DNA of 64,000 nt, from contig OZ316775.1 in the NCBI GenBank assembly GCA_973851085.1, positions 22,196,001-22,260,000 of the forward strand, read 5' to 3'. Positions 52,471-64,000 of this stretch are shown in pieces (the stretch's first letter is position 1; every line of letters begins with the position of its first letter). Under the pieces are notes generated by a model. The model saw only the letters and a program-made list of their open reading frames with translations, searched no databases and was not told the DNA's origin. A program made the translations under genes and the position numbers. Source of the DNA: Ptychomitrium polyphyllum. Its lineage: Eukaryota.

Positions 52471-55400
52471 ATAGGTCATGTATGACAATGACGTACTATT
52501 TCGATGGTGTGGTGTCGGTGTTGTTTCAAACAGGTGGCTTACATGCTTGAATGAATTGTCCATCATCAATAAATCAAAAATTACCAATAGTATATGAGGT
52601 TATTCTGGTTTTGCTTAGATTGAGTAATCAGGTACATCATTCTCGTGTGCGCTCATAGTTTCATGGAGTTTTGTGTGATCTCATGTTGAATGAAATCTGA
52701 AGCTGTCGATGAATGTTTTAGGATCAGTGATGTTACTCAAAAGTTTTTTATTAAGTCACTCAAGAGGAATATTGACATTTTATGCAATGTCTACAAATTT
52801 GATTAAAGTTTCTTTTTAAATCGCACCAGGTTAGTTTATTTGTGTACCAGCAGAGATTTTAATATTTATCATTAATTTTCTCAACTTTTACTTAGTCTAG
52901 GCTCAACCTGCAAATGGATTCATCTCAAAAACATATGTTCTGATGGTTCCACAATGCAGGGGTCCGGACTAATCAAGCCGTCTGCAGATGCGCACCTTAA
53001 ACTTACATCTTATGAAAATAAGAAACAACAGAATGTCATCTGTAATGCATCATATTCCTTGAGATTCACCTCGCACCAGCCTCAGCCAAGCAGCTGAATT
53101 TATACACTTCTCTGTTGCGTACTGCTTTAAAATCCAAGCAACTCAGCTACTTCTTTGCTGTCATGTAAGAAGTAGCTGTTCAAAGATGTTTTCACAAACA
53201 TGAATGAGGTCAACTTGAAATTAATTCTTTATAGAAAGATATAAGATTTTACTAATGATTTATTTGTTAAAATAAGAAAAAAATGTTACATACAAATTTA
53301 ACATTTTTACAAATACAATATTTATAAAATCATGTGATGTTTTATCTCATTTACTAGTTCTGCATTTTCACCCGATACAATATGCCAACAGTACATACTC
53401 TATTACCATATATAGGACTTGGTATGGAGTACAAAAAACCATAAACAATGACATGTAGTATGTGAAAGCCTTCATTGTTCCTTGAGTTATATTGCTCACT
53501 AATTCTTACTTCTGACAGTCTCTACGGCATAATGAAATGACACGGACACAACTGTATAAATACCATTGAAGAAAAGAAAGCAATGTTTTTATACCTAAAC
53601 ATTGCTTTAGTTTTAAAATTATTCATTGCCATTGCTATTTTCCTGTAATATTGCTTTCATATAAATGTTAATTTTAAACATTGCTAAAACCACCAATCTT
53701 CAGTCGTGCATCACGAATTTGTAAGGTGAGCAAAATTTTAATGGAACCTTTTCTGAATATTGATATAGAAAAGCACATGCATTTGATAAAAGCTGCTTGA
53801 ATTCTTACATCAAATGTCTTCCTTAACAAATCACTTCTTTCATGTTTGGCTCTAATATTGGATGTTGTTGTGCAAACACGAATTGGACTCATGCATCATT
53901 AGCTATGCCACCAAGACACACTTTTAAAGAAAACCAACTCTAAAGAAAATAGAAAAAAAACAAGGAAAAAAAACAAATACTAATAGTGTATAGTGTTATT
54001 TGAGGCTAGAGTTAGTAAGAGAAACTATGTCCTCAAAGTATGCATATTATTGAAATTTCAATTGCTAGACTACTTTTACTCAGGAAGCATGCTAAAGCAT
54101 TATACAAGCAAGTTGAACATGGATTACTCACAAACAGAAACATCCTACTTCATTTGAGATGGGAGGAGCAACACCAATATTCTGGTTCACTGAGAACTCC
54201 TCTTTGATCTGAACTATGGAGGGGTACAAGCAGGCCTTTGTGTCCAGTTTCTGTTCAAGTTCTAAAGTGGGCTGGAAAATTACTTGGTTTTCTGGCTTTG
54301 GTAATCGCCCTCCGGCTGTAGTCACTTGATGTCATTCTTTTGCCCCTGTGGCTTTTGTACTTCCCTATTCTTGCAATGAATAAAAATTTCATTTACCAAT
54401 AATTTATTTTAAAAAACAGCAGACCGTTGTGTCGACAAAATCTGTGACTGATGTTTCTTTTACTTAAAATGTAATAACCTGCATACGATGTGTAGAGTTT
54501 TAACCAACAATATATACTTAGTGCGTCTCAGAAGTCTGCTGTGTCATAGTCACATTCCTGAAGCTCACAGGCCATTACACTCCTATGAAGAACAATTAAT
54601 CGCACATGTCATCTCAAGTAACATATTCTTACCTTTCTCTTCACTATATATTGTCAATTTGCATTTTAGAATTAACTCGCTACGCTTCTGTTATATCTGG
54701 CCGCTCTTCTAATTTGGAGCTGTAGATCTAGACCTTTCGAGATCCAGTTGAACTCTAAATTTCTGTCATTTTGAAAGTTTCCATATTTGAGCGACAATCC
54801 AAATTATGTCCAACTTGAAATGCATGAATGGTCACAAGCATATGGCCACAAGCCATGACTGATCCTCAGAATATCCTTAAAAATTTGAGAGGCATAGTAA
54901 GAGCCTTACCGACAAATATGGGTGATGCACACGGAGAAGCCATTTGGTACGGGTAAAACTGACGCGTTTGAGCAAGTGTAACACTTGCAAAGCAGAGGTG
55001 GAAGTTGGCGACGAAATCACTGCCAACTCAGAAAATTTCCAGCAGCCCTCCCCGCCATAGCCGTCTACTTTGTTTCACCACCCCTCAGTCTTGGAAAAGA
55101 GAGGACTTAGCCCTAAAAATATCTTGATAAGCCATGGAATCGATAGAAATGAACTACCATGAATCCATGACTGCTTTGACTTCTACAGACACAGTGCTTG
55201 AAGACCGCATGCGATGGTTGGCGGTTGGTGCTTCTTCTCCAATCTTGAACTTGATGGTCTTAAGACTAATTTCTGGATTCCACCCCAGTGTAAAGACGTT
55301 TCATGTGAGGACTTCATGGGGCTTGTTAAATGCAATATTGATGGCGAGGGCCACGTCATGGTGAATATTTTCTGCAATTTCTGGATACATTGCAAATCAA

Positions 55401-58400
55401 TATAGGCCCATGCTTTTAAGGAGTTACACTTAGAAATTCATGCTTACAATAAGAATGATAAGAGGCTTATTTTGGTTCGTTTAATCTTCGCAATCATCTC
55501 CAAAGTTGTAGTAACGAAGTTGCATGCCCTACCCGGAAACACTTGTCGTCAGATTTCAGTAGTTGTCAGTCCTGCAATGAACATGCCAACCCATTGATTC
55601 TAACATCATGCCTGTCCTGCACCAGAACTAACTACTTAGCATTCATGTTTGTTCACAGTTTAAGCTTTCAGTAAATTTGTGACTATCCCAGTCAAGCCAA
55701 TTCCAAAAGCCACGGACTCTGCTTTTGCAGCTTCAATTCGTGTCCTGTCGTGTCTGAACTCCAAGTATTTGTCACTACTTCACCAGCATGGTGCATTTAA
55801 AACTGCCAGGGTGTTTTACTATAAAAATGATTTCATCCCGGGGGTTAAATCATTCGAATATTGAAATTTAAAATGAGAATTCCCAAGCACCGGTTACCAG
55901 CCCTTACATCACAGCCAGCTGACATAAAGGTGTTTTCTAATTGCATCCGATTCCAAATATGAATTCAAACTTCTGTTGATGCTCCAACGGGACCGCAGCT
56001 GAGATTCATCGATCGAAATAGCACTGCATCATCCATGTCATATTTTTCTCATGAATATAGAATAATGCACCGCCCTACTTCCGACGCAGGTTCACTCATT
56101 AGCATGAAACGAACAAGGAGGAAAAGAATCACGATGCAATTTAATACATCTTGTGGACATCCATGACTTATTGCGACAGAGACAATATCTGCAATGTGAC
56201 CATAAATTATTCGCTGATCCCTTCTGACCCACGTCTGAAAATATGACTAGCTCACAGCCTGCTTGGACGAATCAAATCTCCTGCCATGGCCACAAGCTCC
56301 TCATTACACAGGCATGTCGACAGAAAAGGCCTTTTAAAAAGACTTTTAAAAGCTGCTGATTCAAAATCAATATTCCTCCGAGCTGCAGGAAGTCGGAACA
56401 GAATTATTACGTATGATTCAATGGATAAGTACAATTGGAAGCTGTGCAGAAGGGCTCTCATCTATAATTTCACAATGGCTTACATTGCATTCACATCTCA
56501 AAGCATAAATTGAGTCATCAGTCATCTCTACGCTCAAGTCACTCACCTTTTTTGCAACCATTCGATGTTGAAAACAATCAAGCACTGCTGCGAGGACAAT
56601 TACTGTCACCTGGAAAAAGGTCTTGTATGATTGCCTAATGGCCAATGGTGAAGATTCCCATACCCAGAAACCAATATCCAAAGATTCTCCCGTTTGACCT
56701 CAAACAAGCTTAGCTCAGAAAAAAGCTTGGCACGAAATGGTGGTGATATTGGTGAAGTCCCAGCTAGGTAATTCTTGTTCTGAAGCCAGTAATGTTAAAG
56801 TTGCTGTAAATCAATAATTGGTCGAGCTTTGTGTTAATTATGAAACGAACGTGCAATGATTTGAAAGTGGGTTGCAGTCTGTTGTAAGGCTTAAATCAGG
56901 TATAAGCTTCAACGCTGGCCTGTTGAAGTTTCCCTGTCCACACGCAATGGGTGAATTTGTCCTGCCTTTGGTGTTGAGTTCCTTGGAGCAAAACAAGGCA
57001 TCGTGTGAGGGGTCATGATTGTAGTTCTACGTACTACTACGGGAGCAAAGGCGATTACCTTGTGTACAAGTCTGAGATTATACTTTTGTGAATCTCCTGA
57101 AAATCCTACACTGACCTCCTCTGGTTTATTTGACTTTACACACTGGCCCCTCGAGAGGCACTTGAGATGAAAAATCAATCCAAATAGTCCAGGCAGAGCT
57201 CTAGAGTCTGGAGACTGACGACTAGATATTATGCTTAATATTCCAATTCTGCTGTCCACCAGCCTGATGAGCTGAATCATGAAAGGGTAGGGACCGGCCA
57301 GAATCACACATAAGGATACTCGCAAACTACTAGTTAATGCGGACTCGTTAAAAAAGAAATCAAAAACTAAAAAAGACATATAAATTGAAAAGTACGGAGA
57401 CGCTGCAAGACAATATGACAAGGTGCTGAATCTCAGGCAATGCGTTCGAGAGTATTATCTGATCGAATCTCCAGAAGTCACAAGAAACGACGAACAGGTT
57501 GCACGTGCAAGAGGGAAGGCTCATTTTAGAAGGAGCATTTTTTTAATAATATTATCCATTGAATTGTCTTTCTTTCGTCATGCGAGGTCGAGGCAGTAAA
57601 GGTTCTTACAATAGTCATCTGCCTCTTCTATCATGGACACTCGATTGGTTCCAAGCACCTCCTTCCTCGAAAGCAGCTGTGCAAGTGTTTGATTAATTCT
57701 GCCAGGCTCTAAATTCCTAAAAGGCAATGATGAGTACTCACATGAACATATAGTATGACAAGCTGACGAATCCTAGTGGAGGATTTCTCCTGGCAGCTGA
57801 AATAAAAACAATGTCGAAGAATGTCAGGATTCAGCAAAGCACATGCAGGCCCTATAAATTGCTAGTTCTTCCAAAGTCAAGTGATTTGCACTGACTTGAG
57901 ACTGACTTTTGAGGGGAACTTTCCATATATACAGAAGCAACACATGAACAAATTCAAAGAAGCACCCTATCGAACAAAGACATTTTAAATGAATGTGTAC
58001 AGATCATCGTGACATCAAATGTTTGTCCTTTCGAGACTACTAATTCAATCATATACACGACGTAAACAGCAGTACTGTATTATGCCTACTTGTACAAAGC
58101 TCGCAGGTCTTCGATCTTAGGTGACCAATGTTTGTGAAGAGTACGGCATGGAATGGTTTGCAAGTCCGAGCTAGTTTCGCCACAACGTGAAACCCTTCTC
58201 AATAGAACATCTGTCGGTGAATAACTTTAAGTTACAGCACTTCGAAGGCTTCAAAATGAAACATGCAACCCCTACCAATTACATGGTATCCCCTACCTAT
58301 GATTATTTCAGATCATCTAGCCCATGTTTGGGGGCTTCACTGTTAAATGATCACTAAATAGCTGCATATAAATTTTTGACCTACTGCTATCGCCATGATT

Positions 58401-58676
58401 CTCACTCCAAGGATGCGCATCTCTGGCCATGGCTAGGTATGTCTCAAGAATCCTGGCACCTTGTAAGCTAAGACAGCACTGAGTTCTTAATTATTGATTA
58501 TGCAATCAAAGTACCTGGCAAATGGAAACGATTGCTATCCCCAGATTGTGCAGAGGTACAAATTTCCAATTTCGTATAAAAAGGCTCCAACCCTCATTGA
58601 TGAAAGGCGATCAAGCAATGAAGTGTGAACTCGGTTGCGCTGGCCAAATTCGTATAATATGCAGAAATGCAGGCAA

Positions 58677-61500
58677 TTACATTTGATCCAAAACTGCAGC
58701 CATCCGTTGAAGCTCTGGAGACATGGGGGCAATCAAACCCTCTGGAGGATCATAAATGTCTTGACCACCCTGGTGAATCTGCCAGTTCATAGAGTCACGA
58801 GGATTACTAAATGACTGCTCCACCTGCGCAATTAGTGGTGATTTCACCCGGTGAACTTCGTGGTCCTCTGGAGATTGCTGATGCACTTGCTCCAGAAATG
58901 CAGCTGCTGCTGTGGAGGATGGTTGCTCAGTGGAAACGAGCTCATGATCACTACACCATTTCATAACCGTGTCTCCGTCAGACTGGCCCGACGAAAATCC
59001 AACGCTGTGGTCACTGCAAGTTGACTGGATGTTTGAGATACTCTGGTTAATCCCATTAACGGCAGCAGAGCGTGCCATTTGATTATCCTGGTTAGCGTCA
59101 GTGTCTTTAGACTCTACAAGGCCTCCCCAAAGTAGAGTCGTCTCAAACATGCTTGATCCAGGGTTAGTAATCTCGGTGGTGTTGCTACTGCTACTGCCAG
59201 CACTGCTGCCCTGATCCCAATTGTTTAAAGCTTTCTCTCCTTCCATATGGCACATCTTAAATGGGTCAGAGCTAAGGGGGCTGTGACATTTCTCCATGTG
59301 CATGCTGACGTCTTCGGGAGGCGGGCAACCCTGGCTTGAACCAGAGTGCAAATCAAGAGATCCTAGTTGAAAATTCGCAGTCATGGAGCTCAAGTCGCCC
59401 CTATCAACGGACCCAAAGCCACGCTGCAACTCGGTTCCAAAGGGCCCAAGCCTCATTTCAATTTCTGGAATAATCTCCTCGTGACTCACAGAGCCATTCT
59501 GATTAGTGCCCGAAAAATTGAAAAACTGCTGTGACTGCTGCATCATTTCCTGTAGCTCATTAGACTGCACATGTCCAGCATGATCTGAGCTGGACAAAGC
59601 TCCTTGTGATAACCAGAACACGGGGTTAAAAGCTGCAGGTACCACCGTAGCTGGCTCAGGCTTAATATTTACGTTCTGGTGGACATCATTATCAACTCCA
59701 GAAAGAGGATTAAAGCTGCAAGTGTTGATTGAACTGCTGTCAAAGTGATCATTCTGAGGGGATAAAGGAGGCACCTTAGGAGGCAACTGCATGCTTGCCG
59801 TGTGCTCTGCACTCATCCTGAGACGCTCAAGAAGGTTATCTTTCGAAAGTGGGAATGGGTTCAAACAGTTGGAGGAGCCGTTGGCCCTTCGAAACTGATG
59901 GTCCAATAATTTTCTATGGTCTGAGACGGTCACACTCGGACCTGAGAGAGGACTTCTGGTTGGATTGTACAACCCTTCCTCCATGTAACCCGTGGGGAAC
60001 ATGCGAGGAGCCTGGGGTTTGAACTCGTTACTGGAGAATCTGACAAGGCCGCCGGATTGGGAAGGGAGCAAGGAGGCGAGTGGCGAGATTGACATTATAG
60101 ACGATGACTTGAGAGGGCTTTCGGTGGGGCTAATGCTGGAAGAGTTCTCTGGGATCATATTTGAGTCTCCGTTCACAAGCTTGTGCGTATTGGGGTCGAT
60201 GCCAATGTTGCGTAGCTTCTTCTTGATGCATGAGTTCCAGAAGTTCTTTATCTCGTTGTCTGTGCGGCCAGGAAGCTGGGTTGCGATTTGCGACCATCTG
60301 CAATTATTGCCATATCAAACAGATCATCAACGCATTATTAGCCATCTGCATCGATCTCTGCACTGTTCAAGTGAAACACAAATGAATGGGTATGAACCGC
60401 AACCACGCAAATAATCTGAACAGTTAGACAATCCCTACAACATTGTGCACATGGTCGTCCGCACAATACAATATTTTTATACACGATGAGTGCTATTGGT
60501 GGGTGAAGATCTGAAGACCTGTTACCGAGAACAGCATGAAGGTCGATAATCAGATTCTCCTCCGCCGACGAGAAGACCCCACGCTTTAAGTCTGGCCTGA
60601 GGTAGTTGATCCACCTTAACCTGCAGCTCTTTCCACATCTCTGCAATCCTGTCGGTTCAGTAAAAATCAGAGTCAGTCAAGCTCTAATTGCATGTTTTTA
60701 TACGGCCAGTCTCCTTTATCGCTGTCGAGATAATTAATTCTAGGCATGCGATTCAAACAGGTGGGCGTTATATTAATCCTTAGAAACGAAGAACGCCACT
60801 CAGAAACCTAACTAAATCAATGCCATTCTCCTGTAAACTTCCTGGTAAAGCTGATTTCTACCAATTGCCTGTACTGTAGAACCTGGAGTAATGCGACGGG
60901 CAGCCACAAAGATCCAAAGCACAAACACTGTACAGTGTACATACAGTACCGCAATTCGTACAGCCTCACGGGTCACGAGCTAGTCACATTACTAGCCACT
61001 TGCGTCAGCATTTCCACAATTAAAGCTGGAGGATTAGAGGATCAGTTTGTAATTGTGGAAATCACTGATGGCTAATATTCATTAACAACAGATGTTACTC
61101 AGCCCATCAAAACCTCAAAACCGTCAGTAGGTTTCTGCGCGACATCTCTACACGCTTCAGAATGCAAATGTGATCCCGCCGTTCCACTTTCATTAAACAA
61201 CAGAGCTCCAAAAACGGGAAAGTCCCAAACTTAAGACAAGTTGAACTCAGAAGTCTGATGAGAGGATGCGTCCCGACGCTTAAAGGAAGATGACGGTTCA
61301 TTCGCCAACACATCTTCAGCAGAAGTCCAAAATCTGGCCACTCGAGCCAAACGGGAGCTGTACCCACCTGCTTGCTTGGGCACTGCACTCCAGCAGCCAT
61401 GCCCATGCTTCGTGATGTAACGCACGAGCTTCTCATCTTCATCTGGTGACCACAGGCCTTTCTTCAGTTTCTGCTTGTGAGAACACGAATGTCGGCCCAT
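58677..61500 (-). CDS. R2R3-MYB transcription factor (MYB50/55/61/86, subgroup-13-like), 3 exons, about 627 aa
   Basis: Exons 61500-61368 (133 nt), 60648-60519 (130 nt), 60297-58677; total 1884 nt. Motifs [78 protein letters not shown], then a long S/P/Q-rich C-terminus. Confidence 0.95.
60991..61076. repeat. Imperfect inverted repeat (about 25-bp stem) in MYB intron 1
   Basis: Core atttccacaatta (61010-61022) pairs with taattgtggaaat (61050-61062), extended inward (aagctg/cagttt) and outward (tcag/ctga, tagcca/tggcta). Confidence 0.7.
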
Positions 61501-64000
61501 TACTACAAACCAAATTCAAGTGCTTCGCTGTCACAGAGTTGCAGAAGCTTTCTTAGAAAAAACTGGGGTATCATCACGCCTTCCTCGCTGCACTTCTTTA
61601 TCAAGACGATTCGCTAACTTGGTTCTCCAGTTTTAACTTCCTACACGAGGCTCACTATGTCGCAGTTACAACCATTCTCCCAAGCCTAACAGAGACATTA
61701 TACGCATCACTTGGTGTGATACTCTGATACTAGAAGATACATTCTTGACACTTAATTCAAAGAATGATCCGACCAGAACGAAACCCGGTATCCGGCAACC
61801 CTGCCGGCGTTGATTTCATGTCGAGCGATGCAGTGAGGTCCTGGAAACCTGCATATTTCTGATAGGTGAAGATTTCCCAATCCACAACTACGAGTCAGTT
61901 TTTTTATATCCTATGGATGACGTGATAACGCTTTGAATGCCCATGCTCCCTCAAGACACGACGCCCTGTATCACACTCCATCTATTCCTCACCCCGATCT
62001 TCTCCCACCCCCCTGGATGAGTAACTGGCATGGGTTAGGCTTCTAGTTGCGGCTAACTAAGACACGGGTTGGTTGGATCACTGAATCCTGGACTCTCACT
62101 ACACCTCAAAGTTCCATCCGTGTCGTAAAAATGTGAAAATATCTTTAGGATTAGAACAGTTTGTACACACCCTCTATTAAACCTCTATGTTCTGAGATAA
62201 TGCCAACACTTAGATAACTCGCATCCACAATTTCTGTGGACTTTTAAGCCGCGCTCAACGTCGACCACGTCGTTACGGTAGCAAATGGAGCAGCAGTGTC
62301 ACATAGACAACCGGTTGAAACAACGCAATATACGTTTTAGCGAAGAGAAGAGCAACTTCGAAGTGGCGGACAAGGCAGCGGATTAACCTCCCCAAAAACT
62401 TACAGAGCCAGCGTGAGAGACAGCAAGAAAGTACGCAAGATGGATGTCGACCGCTAACTTGGCAGGGTACTCACGTTGCCTATACTGGTGCTGTCCAATG
62501 GCGTGGCTACGAGATCTCATACTCCACATACTCGAGGATACAGCATACCGGTATGTATCACGAAGGATTGATAACTCAAAACCGCTTCCAAACTTTTCGG
62601 ACTTCAAGGTCCAGGCTCTGACATATCTCTGTGAGTTCAGTAGTGTAGCCTATTTCAGGCTACTCCTTGCAAGTACTACAGCTCTCCTCTACTACATGCT
62701 CGAAATCCTTAAACGCTCACGCCGAAAAGCAACTACTCTTGCACCTCTTGATGCCCAGATATTAACCACATCCGCCCTTGTCAGAATATTACGTCTCCTG
62801 GATCACACTCCTGCCTTGAAGCGCAGGTCCTACTGATTTCCGGCTTCCAGATCAAAGACGTGATAATGATCGCGAGTCCTCCTGATCAGTCTGCAACCAA
62901 CGGCAACCAACACAATTTATCTCAGCAAGATTCTTGCAACAACCAAGAGAGAGAAAAGAGCCAGTGCTTTAGGACTCGTTGCATACTGTACTACCAAACA
63001 GTATATTGTGTAGGCTTCCTTGTGAGCTTCCAGCTTTCAGACCAGCATGGACATCTCACCACTTTTCAGAATCCGGACTCTGGAGACAAGGTCCACTAGA
63101 GTTCGGTGGAAACGGGTAGCAGCTAAGCTACTGTAGACTGCAGCACAAGGCTAAAAACTTAGTGACCAAGGATAATAAAGTATTCGTCTCTTCGCTCGTT
63201 CTCATCACCAAAACGTACAAATACCGTTCGTGACTAAACGGGCGAAGTGAGGGAGCTAAGTAGATGATTCTAGCTAGATCAATAGTTTTGGCTTTGTGGG
63301 TCCTTGGGGAGGAAAACTAGAAAAGTATGTAGCATACTTCTGGGTGACATCAGGGGTGGAGCTACAGTAGCGAGAATTGAATCTACCCTTGCAGTCAACA
63401 AAAGGGCTCTCCACTCAGTTGAGCAGCTTTTGCAAGCTGAGGACTCGCATGTGGGGACGGAAATATCGAAAAGCGGTCTCTCACGATTTGGATTGGGAGA
63501 ACTTCGAGGCTGCATTACAGAGCTCACAATAGTATCAATTACTCTTGAGATCAGCTTACGACCCCTCATCAAGACAGTCTACCTCTGCATGTTCCACACC
63601 ACGGTGGTCTTTGTCTGCGTTGGCCAGCGTTGTCTTTTCGGTGGACCGGCCGGTGACCGACACAACCAAGCTGGCTTCGTATTCTGACATGTAGAGTCAT
63701 GTCATTTTTCTCTACTTTACAGAGCTTTGAAGAACACGACCATACTAAAGCATACAAGTAGACCTTTGAAAGTTAACCTACAGATACAGAGACTCCAGGA
63801 AGTTAGGAGCTTTTTGTATAATGCCCGTATAATGCAGAATAAAGACAGCGATTGCTCTACGGTGTTAACTGAGTGATGGACATTTGTTTCTGGAAGTCAC
63901 ATTTATGGAGAGTCTTGTTGCTCTAACCTCACTCTTCCCTGTGAAGTACGTGCATTCGAAAGATGTCACAAAATACTTGTAACCTATCAACAGCATCAGA

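Noticed and set aside
53144..53178. 12-bp inverted repeat cagctacttctt/aagaagtagctg
   Set aside because: Too short for a miRNA precursor and no element boundaries found.
62383..63757. Short ORFs upstream of the MYB gene (130 and 127 aa)
   Set aside because: No recognisable domains or splice-consistent model; left unannotated.

Overview
Eukaryotic nuclear DNA from a land plant, most likely a moss (Physcomitrium/Funariaceae-like). This is inferred from gene content, GT-AG introns and gene islands separated by very AT-rich spacers. Most entries in the ORF track are single exons or shadow ORFs, so I rebuilt gene models by hand from splice sites. Apparently intact genes: a DUF1308/C7orf25-family protein (-) head-to-head with a 19-exon RecQ helicase with RQC/HRDC/C-terminal HTH-like regions (RECQ6-like, +); a PIRL-type LRR protein; a 14-exon CIPK (CIPK8/SOS2 clade); an intronless gamma-carbonic-anhydrase-like complex I subunit; two near-identical germin-like protein (GLP) genes; and an R2R3-MYB of the MYB55/61/86 type. 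Five decayed genes are also visible: a plant LRR fragment, an aldo-keto reductase, an SRPBCC/START-fold protein, a MATE transporter and a third GLP. Most notable: (1) the two GLP coding sequences are almost identical while their flanks diverge immediately, suggesting CDS-restricted gene conversion with differently wired DRE/CRT-rich promoters; (2) a co-oriented run of dead reductase/START/MATE/germin genes that may be a decayed defence or metabolic block; (3) a putative PIN-like nuclease gene divergently paired with the RecQ helicase; (4) a 15-copy RY-element array and two long hairpins. I found no clearly new biological system. All family calls rest on remembered motifs; no database searches were run.
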